Assembly: GCA_965215015.1 (NCBI GenBank) | Contig: OZ244042.1 | Location: 5,472,001-5,536,000 of the forward strand | Reading direction: 5' to 3' | From: Candidatus Poribacteria bacterium | GTDB lineage: Bacteria; Poribacteria; WGA-4E; PCPOR2b | Length of the DNA: 64,000 bases | Part shown: one piece after another, positions 32,527-42,497 of the stretch | Layout: each line of letters starts with the position of its first letter | Position numbering within the stretch: the stretch's first letter is position 1 | Program-made: the position numbers and the translations under genes | Notes under the pieces: model-generated | Database searches by the model: none | What the model was told of the DNA's origin: nothing | The model's input: the letters and a program-made list of their open reading frames with translations, nothing else

Positions 32527-33300
32527 ATGAATGAAAGACGTAATGGATTAAAAGAGAAAATCACAAATAACCAAATTTGGCAGTCGATGTTTCGCCACGG
32601 CTACGAGAAAACAGGAAGGCGATATACCCTTCAAGTCCTCCAAAATGTCTGGCTCCATCTACATCCTCCCCGCGTCACCCGCCACGCGATTAACTTCCGA
32701 TTTACATGGTGTATGGGCGGGATTACCTTTCTGATGTTTCTTGTCACCGCCGTTACGGGTGTGTTGTTGATGTTCTACTATCGTCCTACCGCTGAGTACG
32801 CGTTTCGCGATATACAGTATCTTGAGTTTGACATCCCCTTTGGGATGCTCCTGCGCAATATGCACCGTTGGGCCGCCCACGGTATGGTCATTGCTGTGAT
32901 GCTTCACATGTTCCGCGTTTTCCTAACAGGGTCTTATAAAAAGCCTCGCGAATTTAACTGGGGAGTCGGCGTCATCCTACTACTTGTCACCTTTTTCCTC
33001 AGTTTTACCGGCTACCTGTTGCCGTGGGATCAACTCGCATTTTGGGCGGTCACCGTCGGAACGAACATGGCGCGAGCGACACCGGTCCTAGGACATGAAG
33101 GCCCATTTCATCCGCAGGATATTGTCACCCAATCGAATGATGTGCGCTTTGCCCTTCTTGGTGGGACAATTGTTGGGCCCTCAACACTCTTACGGTTTTA
33201 CATCCTACATTGCGTCGCTGTGCCCCTTTTGGCAAGCGTATTGATGGCACTACACTTCTGGCGTGTCCGCAAGGATGGTGGTATTTCTGGGCCCCTATAG
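32527..33300 (+). CDS. qcrB: Cytochrome b6-like N-terminal subunit
   Basis: WCMGG (heme ci Cys position), HRWAAH, LHMFRV, helix-D His pair with 14 intervening residues, ends GISGPL. Confidence 0.93.
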   Translation: MNERRNGLKEKITNNQIWQSMFRHGYEKTGRRYTLQVLQNVWLHLHPPRVTRHAINFRFTWCMGGITFLMFLVTAVTGVLLMFYYRPTAEYAFRDIQYLEFDIPFGMLLRNMHRWAAHGMVIAVMLHMFRVFLTGSYKKPREFNWGVGVILLLVTFFLSFTGYLLPWDQLAFWAVTVGTNMARATPVLGHEGPFHPQDIVTQSNDVRFALLGGTIVGPSTLLRFYILHCVAVPLLASVLMALHFWRVRKDGGISGPL

Positions 33301-33339
33301 GACTGAACTCATTTTAATCCCCATTGATTGAGGTGGTAT

Positions 33340-34206
33340 ATGGAACATGTTCTCGAATTGATTACGAAGCCTGATAACGTTCCGATTGTTGCAATTGTGT
33401 TGCTGTTACCTTTCTTCACGTGGCTCGCATTCAGCCAAGGGCGCAGAAATGACCTAGCAGGTACACCCGCAGAAGCAGCACTTAATGATAAAGTCTACTG
33501 CTGGCCCTACCTTTGCCGCAACGAGTTTCTCTGTGCAATCATTATAATGCTCGTTCTGGGGATATGGTCCATTACCATTGATGCCCCACTCGAAGAGCCG
33601 AGCGATCCGACAAAAACCCCGAACCCGTCTAAAGCCCCATGGTATTTCCTCGCGCTACAGGAGATGTTGGTTTACTTCGATCCGTGGATTGCAGGTGTTG
33701 TTTTGCCGGGGCTGATTATCGTCGGTTTAATTGCCATTCCCTACATAGATATCAATCCCCAAGGAAAAGGGTACTATACCCTAAAAGAGCGTCCATTTGC
33801 ACTGATAACCTTCTGTTTCGGCTTTTTCGTGTTATGGATTGTGCTGATGGTTGTCGGTACTTTCTTGAGGGGCCCCGGTTGGAACTTTTTCGCCCCATGG
33901 AAAGAGTGGGATCCGCACAAGGTTGTGCCGCTAACCAACGTCAACCTCTCTTACCTATTCGGCATCCGAAACGAACAACCCGCTAGCATTTTCGGGATGT
34001 GTGTTGTCGTCGGATATTTTGCTTTAGGTCCTATCTATTACTTTTTGAAAAGAGGAACGAGCAAATTTCTTCAAGAGTTGGGATTGGTACGGTACATCGT
34101 GGTCTCATTCCTGTTCTTAACGATGATGGCTTTGCCAATCAAGATGATTCTGCGATGGACATTGAATATCAAGTACATTTGGGTTTCCCCCTGGTTCAAT
34201 ATCTAG
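33340..34206 (+). CDS. Cytochrome b C-terminal / subunit IV-like protein
   Basis: TPNPSKAPWYF (PEWY position), PYID, ERP; multiple TM helices. Confidence 0.85.
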   Translation: MEHVLELITKPDNVPIVAIVLLLPFFTWLAFSQGRRNDLAGTPAEAALNDKVYCWPYLCRNEFLCAIIIMLVLGIWSITIDAPLEEPSDPTKTPNPSKAPWYFLALQEMLVYFDPWIAGVVLPGLIIVGLIAIPYIDINPQGKGYYTLKERPFALITFCFGFFVLWIVLMVVGTFLRGPGWNFFAPWKEWDPHKVVPLTNVNLSYLFGIRNEQPASIFGMCVVVGYFALGPIYYFLKRGTSKFLQELGLVRYIVVSFLFLTMMALPIKMILRWTLNIKYIWVSPWFNI

Positions 34207-34263
34207 GGCGTATTACGCGATATGTAATTCGTTCATTCAAACAGTAAGGAGTCAATAGGAATC

Positions 34264-37200
34264 GTGAGGAACAAAAAAGAAATTCTGATTGAGGAAAAAT
34301 CTTACGCAGCACTGTTTTTTATTCTTTCCGGTTTGTTGGGATTCGTTACGCTGTGGGGTTTCTATAACGAAACAATTACTAGACGTCCATGGAAGGAGAT
34401 TCAGCGGCAATTTTACGAATACGAATATCAAAAAACCAAGATTGAATTGGAAAAAGCAGAACAAGATCTACCTGAGATTGAAGCACCTCAAGAAATTGAC
34501 CCTAGACAAGAGGGGATGCTAAGAGATGCGATTGCGGGGTTGCAGATTAAGCTAGATGAAGCCTTGCAGGATCGTAAATTTGATCAGAGCGAGTCGGATG
34601 CAATCAACTATAAATATCAGTATGCACTGCACCACGGGGAAAAAGAGAAATCGGAAAAATGGAAAAAGAAATTAGACGAGTTTGAAAGTCGAATTGAGGG
34701 AATATTGACGGACGCTGTGCTGGAGGCGGAGCGGAATCTTGCCGCCGCTTATAAAAATCTTGCTGAGCTCTATGATGCCAATGGTCACATTGAGGCAGCC
34801 TTAGGCGAGTATCTCAACGTTCGGAAATATAACGCATCGGACACAACGGTTTCGACGAAGATTAGTGAACTTCAGACGAAAATTGAGGCTGCGAAAGCGG
34901 ATAAAGCGAAATACGCTGAGGTTGACAGACTTGAGGAGAAACTTCATTCTGTCGGTGGTATTAAGCGCACTTTCATCGGCACATTGGCAGAAAGCCCCTT
35001 CACAAAGACACGTACAGTTGTCCAATACTACATTGAAGATTTTGATTACACGGCGGACCGATGCGCGACCTGCCACTTTGCTTCGGACAAAGCCGGATAT
35101 GACGGATTCGCCAAAGAGCAGTTTGAAGAGATTGAAGGGGATGGCGAAAACAACCTCACGCTCCAATTAAAACATCCCTACATTAAAACGGGTAGCGAAA
35201 CGGTGCTCATTGACGAAGAAGACGCCGAAGAGGATAGTTATGAGTTAAGCAAAGACGGCAAGTTGATCTTCACCGATCCAGATATTTATGCTGACCTCGT
35301 CGAAATTGCGTATGATACCGGATATGACCCTGTGCTTCAGACGCATCCCCACCGAGATGTGCTCCTTGCTAAACATCCTGTTGAAAGATTCGGATGCACC
35401 CCCTGCCACGGTGGACAGGGACAAGGCCTGACCCAAAAAGCCGCACACGCCCTAGACCATAAGAAGGAGTATTGGCTGACGCCTGTCTTGGGGTTGGACG
35501 AGCATACAGGTAAAGCCTCAGCAGAATTTCGTGGCTATATGCAGTCCAATTGTCGTCGGTGCCACGATGGTGTGATGATGTTAGATGCTCCCAATCCAGA
35601 GAACGGAGATCTCCAAGATTATTCGCCTGACCTCTCGAAGGGGATGGCACTCTTTGAGGACATCGGATGTCACGGTTGTCATGCTGTTGAGGGGTATTCT
35701 ACGTTAGCGGACCTCGACAAAGTTGGTCCCTCGCTTGCCAAGATCGGCAGTAAAGTCAATAGCGTTGAGTGGCTAGAAGGGTGGATTAAACAACCGACCG
35801 TTTACCTGCCGGAGACCAAGATGCCAGATTTCTTCCCCGTCGAAAAGTTGACCCAAGTGGTTTACCTCAAAAATGGGAATAAGCACTACGGCGTCGTTAC
35901 CAAAACCGACACCGGCATTATCCTCCAAAAGGACGATGGTACGAAATATCCTTATCCTGATACCGCTGTTGAACGGGTAGTCGACGAGGTGAAATCGATT
36001 GCGGCGTACTTGGCGCAGATGAAAGACCCCACGATAGATCAGAGTGATGCCTCCTTCTCGACAGCCCCCCTTGCGATTGACGCCGGTGAACAGGTCGTCA
36101 AATCGGTTGGATGTCTGTCATGTCATACGGTTGGCGGACTCGGAAGTGATTTCGCACCAAAGCTGGATAATGTCGGCAGCAAACTCACACCACAATTCCT
36201 ACGTCAATGGATTAGCGATCCAAAATCTTACGATCCCGACACGGTTATGCCCAGTCTGCGTTTGACCAAAACTGAAGTGGATAATGCGGTCGCTTACCTG
36301 ATGTCGTTGAAAGAGTCAGCTCCCTCTCCTATTGCCGGTAACGAAAATCCTCAAGCAGCGGTTGATCCAATGGAAGGCGAACAGCTAGTTCGGACTTACG
36401 GTTGCTTCGGTTGTCATAATATCCCCGGCTTTGAGAATGAGTCAAAGGTCGGTGCAGACCTCGGCGAATTTGGTGCCAAGACCGTCGAGGAACTTGACTT
36501 CGGAGATACAAAAGAGATTGAACACAGTTGGCACGGCTGGACAATCGGAAAGGTAACCGATCCAAGACGCTATCAAACACGCCGTATTGTCTCCCGAATG
36601 CCAGTTTTTAGCGAACACATCATCGGCGAGGAGGAGGCACGCGCCCTTGCGGTTCTGCTCAAGAGTTTCCAACCTGTAAAATATCCGGTGAGCTACATTC
36701 ACCAACCGATCGAGAAGAAATGGCAGATTGATGCCGGACGCAGGTTAGCGAAAAAATACAACTGCACCGGCTGCCATGAAATTGAAGGAAAAGGCGGTGA
36801 TTTCGCGAATGTGGTCGCCGCAAATAAAGAACTGGACCTGCTAAATGCCAAGCGCTTTGCCCCACCCACCCTGCAAGCGCAAGGTGCTAAGGTTTATCCG
36901 GACTGGTTGTTTGAGTTCCTGAAGGCACCTACTCCTATTCGCTACGGACTTGAAGTTCGGATGCCGACTTTTGGGTTCTCGGACGAGGAAGCAACCGCCC
37001 TTGTCAAATACTTTTCTGCGCTTGACGATGAGGTTTTCCCGTATGAGACCATGACATTACAACCGGCGTCTCGAAGGGAGCTGCGTGTCGGCAAACAGAT
37101 CTTTGACGCGCTCCAGTGTATTTCCTGCCATCCGGAACAAGGCGAAGTTATCCCACCGGGCAGCGACAAAACTGGGCGTCCCGACCTCGCGCTAGCGAAG

Positions 37201-37389
37201 GGACGTCTCAAAGCTGATTGGGTCGTTGAATGGCTCAAAGACCCGCAATCCTTCCAACCGGGAACTGCGATGCCTCAAGCATGGCCAAAGATTGGCGGTG
37301 CCCATCAACCTGTTGATGGCTTTGCAGTCGAAGAGGCCGAAGAGCAGATCCGGTTGGTCAGAGATTATCTCATTTCACTGGACGAGTAA
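34264..37389 (+). CDS. Membrane-anchored octaheme cytochrome c
   Basis: N-terminal TM, coiled-coil stalk, 8 CxxCH (CATCH, CTPCH, CRRCH, CHGCH, CLSCH, CFGCH, CTGCH, CISCH), several followed by class-I-like MP motifs. Confidence 0.9.
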   Translation: MRNKKEILIEEKSYAALFFILSGLLGFVTLWGFYNETITRRPWKEIQRQFYEYEYQKTKIELEKAEQDLPEIEAPQEIDPRQEGMLRDAIAGLQIKLDEALQDRKFDQSESDAINYKYQYALHHGEKEKSEKWKKKLDEFESRIEGILTDAVLEAERNLAAAYKNLAELYDANGHIEAALGEYLNVRKYNASDTTVSTKISELQTKIEAAKADKAKYAEVDRLEEKLHSVGGIKRTFIGTLAESPFTKTRTVVQYYIEDFDYTADRCATCHFASDKAGYDGFAKEQFEEIEGDGENNLTLQLKHPYIKTGSETVLIDEEDAEEDSYELSKDGKLIFTDPDIYADLVEIAYDTGYDPVLQTHPHRDVLLAKHPVERFGCTPCHGGQGQGLTQKAAHALDHKKEYWLTPVLGLDEHTGKASAEFRGYMQSNCRRCHDGVMMLDAPNPENGDLQDYSPDLSKGMALFEDIGCHGCHAVEGYSTLADLDKVGPSLAKIGSKVNSVEWLEGWIKQPTVYLPETKMPDFFPVEKLTQVVYLKNGNKHYGVVTKTDTGIILQKDDGTKYPYPDTAVERVVDEVKSIAAYLAQMKDPTIDQSDASFSTAPLAIDAGEQVVKSVGCLSCHTVGGLGSDFAPKLDNVGSKLTPQFLRQWISDPKSYDPDTVMPSLRLTKTEVDNAVAYLMSLKESAPSPIAGNENPQAAVDPMEGEQLVRTYGCFGCHNIPGFENESKVGADLGEFGAKTVEELDFGDTKEIEHSWHGWTIGKVTDPRRYQTRRIVSRMPVFSEHIIGEEEARALAVLLKSFQPVKYPVSYIHQPIEKKWQIDAGRRLAKKYNCTGCHEIEGKGGDFANVVAANKELDLLNAKRFAPPTLQAQGAKVYPDWLFEFLKAPTPIRYGLEVRMPTFGFSDEEATALVKYFSALDDEVFPYETMTLQPASRRELRVGKQIFDALQCISCHPEQGEVIPPGSDKTGRPDLALAKGRLKADWVVEWLKDPQSFQPGTAMPQAWPKIGGAHQPVDGFAVEEAEEQIRLVRDYLISLDE

Positions 37390-37390
37390 T

Positions 37391-37453
37391 GTAGTAGGCA
37401 TACTCCGTATGCCGTAACCTCTTGGGGTTGGTAGTAGCGTAATTTATTACGCG
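37391..37453. repeat. Two tandem GTAG REP-like hairpins
   Basis: GTAGTAGGCATACTCCGTATGCCGTA and GTAGTAGCGTAATTTATTACGCG. Confidence 0.55.
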
Positions 37454-37560
37454 TTTTGACTACAAACTTCATACCAGTTACCCAACTAGCTCATGTAAAG
37501 TGAGAACACGCCAAGAACGCGAGTTTTTTTTACTCGGCTTCTGCTGCACGATTTCTTAGC

Positions 37561-39255
37561 ATGAGCAACCCAGCTCTTCCCATCACGGTATTAAAGAGGT
37601 ATAGACAAGTGCTTCAAATAGATCCCTCTGCATCTTCCGAAGCATCAACGGAAGGCAATGGTAGCCAGCGGATTCTCATCGGCATCGTTATTGCCATCAT
37701 CGTTGGGTTGCTCGTCGGTGGTTGGATACCAGACTTTGCTGCAAAAACAACCCTACTCGGCGACATATTCCTGAATGCACTCAAAATGATTGTTGTCCCG
37801 CTGGTCATGTTTTCAATGATTGTTGGCATTACCGGCTTAGGGGATATTCGCAACCTCGGTCCAATCGGTGGACGCACTGTCCTCTACTATATGGCGACGA
37901 CTGGAATTTCGGTGCTCATTGGTATCATCTTGGTCAACATCACCCAACCGGGGGTAGGGATTTCTCGCGGTGCAAATCATCCAGAATTCACTTATACAAT
38001 CGACAGCGAAAACAATCGCACAGTCACTTTAACGAACGGTACTTGGGGGCAAACACGTTATGACAGCAGATATGCGCTAATTCTACCGGATCAGGGGGTG
38101 CAGGGTGCAATTCAGTCCATCACCGAAAATACCGCCACAGTGAAGTTCTGGGAGCGCAGCCAAGGAGGCGAGGAGGTCTATATTGAGGCAGAAGACGGTA
38201 CACGCCTGCCTTTTTGGCGTGTTGGGGGACAGCTCGTTTCCGATGAGCCACAACTTCAACCCGAAGGAAAAGGCGTAAAGATTGACTTGCCTATCGCCGG
38301 GGCGGTACGCGGAAAAGAAGAGAGAAACATCGGCAGCATACTGTCAGAAGTCCTGATTGGGAATGAAGAAACTGGGAAAGAGGGCTTGATTCCTCGAAAC
38401 CTGTTCAACGCGATGGTGCGAACGGATATTCTTCCGCTAATTTTTTTCTCGTTGCTGATTGGCGGTGCATTTTCCATCTTGGGTGAACGTGGACAGACTG
38501 CCATTGATTTCATTTCGGTGCTGAATGATGGAATCATGCGAATTGTTCACTGGATTATGGTTTTCGCACCGATCGGCATCTTCGGCTTGGTTGCAGGTCG
38601 CATTGGGCACGCCGGTGGGTTCATCAAATTTTTGCCGGAGTTGCTTGCAGTCGGAAAATATTGTTTCACGGTCATATTGGGTCTCGCTGTACATGCTGTT
38701 GTTGTATTACCGATAATCCTTTTTCTAATTGGCAGACGGAATCCGTTGACCTACGCAAAAGGGATGGGAGCAGCATTGTTAAACGCTTTCTCCACCGCAT
38801 CAAGTTCAGCGACACTGCCGTTGACAATGGAAGGCACCGAGGAGAAAAATGGCATATCCAATCGGACTTCAAGTTTTGTCTTACCGCTCGGTGCCACAAT
38901 TAACATGGACGGCACTGCCCTCTACGAAGCTGTCGCTGCGATGTTCATTGCACAGGTCTACGGAATAACCTTAGGTCCTGTGGAGCAAATCGTTATCTTT
39001 CTGACTGCGACAATCGCTGCCATCGGTGCCGCGGGTATCCCTGAAGCAGGTCTTGTGACAATGGTGATTGTCTTAAAAGCCGTTGGGCTGCCAATTGAAG
39101 GTATCGGACTAATCTTGACTATTGATTGGTTTCTTGACCGATGCCGGACAACCGCCAACGTCTGGGGCGATAGTGTCGGCGCAGGTGTTATTGAGACACT
39201 TGAATCTGGGGCTGCTCCAAAACAAACGCTAGATTCCCCTACAGCGTCAAGCTAA
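37561..39255 (+). CDS. Dicarboxylate/amino acid:cation symporter (DAACS/GltP family)
   Basis: FLNALKMIVVPL, STASSSATLP, LPLGATINMDGT, DWFLDRCRT. Confidence 0.93.
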   Translation: MSNPALPITVLKRYRQVLQIDPSASSEASTEGNGSQRILIGIVIAIIVGLLVGGWIPDFAAKTTLLGDIFLNALKMIVVPLVMFSMIVGITGLGDIRNLGPIGGRTVLYYMATTGISVLIGIILVNITQPGVGISRGANHPEFTYTIDSENNRTVTLTNGTWGQTRYDSRYALILPDQGVQGAIQSITENTATVKFWERSQGGEEVYIEAEDGTRLPFWRVGGQLVSDEPQLQPEGKGVKIDLPIAGAVRGKEERNIGSILSEVLIGNEETGKEGLIPRNLFNAMVRTDILPLIFFSLLIGGAFSILGERGQTAIDFISVLNDGIMRIVHWIMVFAPIGIFGLVAGRIGHAGGFIKFLPELLAVGKYCFTVILGLAVHAVVVLPIILFLIGRRNPLTYAKGMGAALLNAFSTASSSATLPLTMEGTEEKNGISNRTSSFVLPLGATINMDGTALYEAVAAMFIAQVYGITLGPVEQIVIFLTATIAAIGAAGIPEAGLVTMVIVLKAVGLPIEGIGLILTIDWFLDRCRTTANVWGDSVGAGVIETLESGAAPKQTLDSPTASS

Positions 39256-39292
39256 ATGGGATCCCGAGAATAACAAAGGTGGTATCATTCAA

Positions 39293-39667
39293 ATGATTCG
39301 ACACCTTCTCATCATCATTGGGGTATTTGCCGCCAGCATGAGTTGGCTGATTTGGCTCTGTCGGGCGGTGGACCCCAGTACGCGATACGGCTCCGAAGTC
39401 GAGTACAATTACGCTAGATATTGTGCCGGCTGTCATGGTGCAAATGGTGAAGGCAACGGACGGATTGGGCGGTTCAAAAAGCTAGAACCCGCAAATCTGA
39501 CAACAACCGATTTTTGGGAGGGGCGTAGCGACGAACAATTTATCCATAGTATTGATGCCGGCAAGAACGACATGCCGGCATTTTTTTACTACCTAACAGA
39601 TGAGGAACAGTGGGAACTGTTCTCATTTATCAAAGAGAATTTTCGACCAACGCCGCTGCCTGATTGA
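39293..39667 (+). CDS. Monoheme class I cytochrome c
   Basis: N-terminal hydrophobic segment, CAGCH, DMPAF distal Met. Confidence 0.85.
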   Translation: MIRHLLIIIGVFAASMSWLIWLCRAVDPSTRYGSEVEYNYARYCAGCHGANGEGNGRIGRFKKLEPANLTTTDFWEGRSDEQFIHSIDAGKNDMPAFFYYLTDEEQWELFSFIKENFRPTPLPD

Positions 39668-39746
39668 ACCAACTAGTGGTCTCGTTGTGCATCATCAAAA
39701 ACATAAGAGGATTCATATAATAAAGAAAGCGTAAAACGTGAAGAGA

Positions 39747-39773
39747 CCCCGAGTTTTTTTTCTTGAAAACTCG
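39747..39773. repeat. CCGAGTTTT...AAAACTCG hairpin family
   Basis: Same hairpin at 42150-42185 and about 49427-49454; partial at 37519-37537. Confidence 0.55.
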
Positions 39774-39931
39774 AGCTCTGTAGCCAATAATAAATGTAAG
39801 ACCAATTCATCGCTGAACCAGCTGTTAGTGGGTTGCGATGAAGTTACAACCATAAGGGGCACAGATGCGAAAATACGCATATCTGTTCTGCCCTGCCTAA
39901 TTTTTTTCTTTCAAAACTAAGGAGATTCAGA

Positions 39932-41098
39932 ATGAACATTAGACAGTTCACCAAATTCGCGTCTGTACTGGCGATTGTCACGCTGATTGTGGGGTTTTCC
40001 GCCTGTGACCAAATCCAGCAACTTCTCCTCCCCGTGCCCCCTCAGATGGACAGACTGAGTGGAGAAGTTATCATCGGCGTCACCATGCCTCTGACCGGCC
40101 CATACGCCGATCCATATGGTTTACCGATGCAACGTGGCTTTGAACTAGCGCGTGAAGAGCTTAACCAGTTCGACGGTCCACAAATCACCTTCATCACCGA
40201 GGATGATCAGGGTACCATTGAGGGGGCGGTTGAAGTCTTCAATAACCTGATTCATCAACATGGCGTTTCTATCATCACCGGTCTCGTTTTCTCAACGCAG
40301 GGCACACAGGTATTTCCAATTGCACAAGGGAATGAGGTTGTATGTTTTAGCTCGGTCTCTTCCGCCTCCGGTCTGAGCGCGATAGGCGATTTTATTTTCC
40401 GTGCAGGGCTCACCACGGATGTGCTGAGTCCAAATGGCGTCAGGATAACTCAGGAGAAGCTCGGCTACCAACGGGCAGCGATGATATATGACGACATTGA
40501 TCTCTATTCCACGAGTAGCAACACTGAGTTGAGTAAAGCCCTTGCTGCTAGCGGAATCGAGATTGTGAGCACGGAGACCTTCCAAACCGGGGATACCGAC
40601 TTTTCCGCGCAATTAGCCCGGATAATGGAGGCAAACCCTGACACTATCTTTATCTCCGCTTTAGCACCAGAGATAACTGAGATTCTGATTCAAGGGCGCG
40701 TAATCGGTATCCCCACCTCTGTTCCATTCATTGTTCCCGAGCTGAGCAGAGACGAAGTAGAAGCCGCCGGCAATGCCGCCGAGGGCGCGATTGCTTTTGC
40801 GGGTTGGTCCAGCACGGCTGATACACCGGGCAATCAGGCCTTCGTCGAAAATTATCGGGCGAAGTATGATATTGAACCTGAGCCTTGGGCCGCGCAGTCA
40901 TATGCAGCCCTCTATATTCTGGCGGAAGCAATTGCGGAGGCGCAATCAACGGATTCAACCGCGGTTCGGGACGCGCTGGCGAATATTAGGGATCTCGACA
41001 CCATCTTAGGCAAGTTCTCTTTTGATGTCAACGGGGACGCGGTTTACGACCCGATTATACTTATCGTCAAGAATGGCAATTTTGAGGTTTTTGAGTAA
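39932..41098 (+). CDS. ABC transporter substrate-binding lipoprotein, branched-chain amino acid (LivK-like) family
   Basis: Lipobox FSAC, IGVTMPLTG, EDDQG, DTDFSAQL, AAQSYAA, GKFSFD. Confidence 0.88.
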   Translation: MNIRQFTKFASVLAIVTLIVGFSACDQIQQLLLPVPPQMDRLSGEVIIGVTMPLTGPYADPYGLPMQRGFELAREELNQFDGPQITFITEDDQGTIEGAVEVFNNLIHQHGVSIITGLVFSTQGTQVFPIAQGNEVVCFSSVSSASGLSAIGDFIFRAGLTTDVLSPNGVRITQEKLGYQRAAMIYDDIDLYSTSSNTELSKALAASGIEIVSTETFQTGDTDFSAQLARIMEANPDTIFISALAPEITEILIQGRVIGIPTSVPFIVPELSRDEVEAAGNAAEGAIAFAGWSSTADTPGNQAFVENYRAKYDIEPEPWAAQSYAALYILAEAIAEAQSTDSTAVRDALANIRDLDTILGKFSFDVNGDAVYDPIILIVKNGNFEVFE

Positions 41099-41126
41099 TC
41101 CCCAGCATTGGATGTGCATAACCTGA

Positions 41127-41159
41127 ACCTTGTCATCAGCCGCTCGCTGATGACAAGGT
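41127..41159 (+). terminator. Intrinsic terminator-like hairpin
   Basis: 14-bp stem accttgtcatcagc / gctgatgacaaggt followed by cttcggtttt. Confidence 0.6.
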
Positions 41160-41251
41160 CTTCGGTTTTAATTCACAAAACTTATGCACTTCAGATTGTG
41201 GCTGATGCTTATGCGATCTAATGACATTCACCAACCACGAGAAAACAGAGT

Positions 41252-41314
41252 TCACGGATATCCGTGACATCTTCTTTTTATCTCTTGATTCTCCTTTTCG
41301 TATGCTGCTATCAT
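41252..41314 (+). promoter_or_regulatory. Second copy of operator TCACGGATATCCGTGA plus sigma70 promoter
   Basis: Palindrome 41252-41267; TTGATT 41285-41290, 18 nt, TGcTATCAT with the -10 at 41309-41314. Confidence 0.8.
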
Positions 41315-41379
41315 AGATACCTGTAGACGCACAATCATTTCAATATCGGACTTCAATGAAGAAAGGATTGGTTCAAATC

Positions 41380-42138
41380 ATGAAAACTGCAATCACCCTG
41401 ACTGCACTCAGTTTTATACTCATCGCAAGCCTGACATACGCCGGAACCATCGCCGGAACCATTATGTATGATGGGGCTGCGCCAGCACGACCAGCGATGC
41501 AAGTGACCAAAGACCAGCACTGTGTCGATTCCCTGAAAAGTGGAAAATCTGAAGCCCTTGTGGTCTCTAAAGGTAAAGGTATTAAAAACGTTGTTGTCTA
41601 CTTACGGGCGCGCGGCGCGAAGCCAACACTTCCCGCCAAAAATCCAGTCATGGATCAGGTCAGTTGTATGTATTCCCCCCATGTCCTCGTTGTGACCGCA
41701 GGCACCACAGTGGATATAACCTCCAGCGACCCGGTCGCACATAACGTCCATTCTCATGCCACGAAGAACGAGGCACCAAATTGGCAAATACCCGGTCCCG
41801 GTAAAATGTTACCTCTGAAATTAGAAAAACGTGAAGCGATTAAGTTCACCTGCGATATCCACAGCTGGATGACGGGATATATCTTTGTTACCGACAATGA
41901 TTATTATGCTGTGACCGGCTACAAAGACAAAGATGGCGAGTGGATCAGTTCCGACGCTTACGAAAGTTCAAGTGATACTGGCACCTACATGATCAAAGAC
42001 ATCCCTGCTGGCAAATACCGGGTTGTGGCATGGCACGAGGAGCTTGGAGAAACCAAAGCCCAGGTTGTCGAGATTGCAGACGGAGAGGTCGAGATTAACT
42101 TTACCAGTGCTGATTTTAGAAAGAAAGGTGCGAAATAA
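41380..42138 (+). CDS. Secreted cupredoxin-like / carboxypeptidase-regulatory-like domain protein (paralog 1)
   Basis: Signal peptide, DQ..C.Y.PHV, HNVH, CDIHSWM (candidate type-1 Cu ligands), beta-sandwich C-terminus. Confidence 0.75.
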   Translation: MKTAITLTALSFILIASLTYAGTIAGTIMYDGAAPARPAMQVTKDQHCVDSLKSGKSEALVVSKGKGIKNVVVYLRARGAKPTLPAKNPVMDQVSCMYSPHVLVVTAGTTVDITSSDPVAHNVHSHATKNEAPNWQIPGPGKMLPLKLEKREAIKFTCDIHSWMTGYIFVTDNDYYAVTGYKDKDGEWISSDAYESSSDTGTYMIKDIPAGKYRVVAWHEELGETKAQVVEIADGEVEINFTSADFRKKGAK

Positions 42139-42203
42139 CATCGCTGCACCAGAACCCGAGTTTTTTCTTGAAAACTCGGGTTCTGTGAGCGTTTTACACT
42201 TTT

Positions 42204-42365
42204 TGGGAGTTACGTACTTCAGTAGGCCACACGGATAGTTGTTTCCTACGGATTCCTTATGAAGCCTCTGCTGGAGTTGCCCGATTCATCGGGCGTTCGC
42301 AACGGTGTCCATGGCGATAAATCGCCGAACGACACGGCTTTGAGGGTTCAACTGCGTAAGTCCTA
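42204..42365. mobile_element. MITE-like element
   Basis: Imperfect TIRs TGGGAGTTACGTA / TGCGTAAGTCCTA; internal CCCGATTCATCGGG and GGCGATAAATCGCC also found (near-identical) at 49540-49670. Confidence 0.5.
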
Positions 42366-42497
42366 CTTTTTTATATGAACCCCGTAGGTCGGACACCAAT
42401 GAACAAATTGTTTTCACGTTTCATGTTCTTAGCGTTTGGCACGGGCTTTGTTTAGACATGAGTCTTGATATTAAATCTGGAGTAACAGGGAAAAACA

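Noticed and set aside
34264-37389. Octaheme as HAO/OTR/ONR-type catalytic enzyme
   Set aside because: Hemes are widely spaced in class-I-like domains with MP motifs; no CxxCK and no HAO-type spacing
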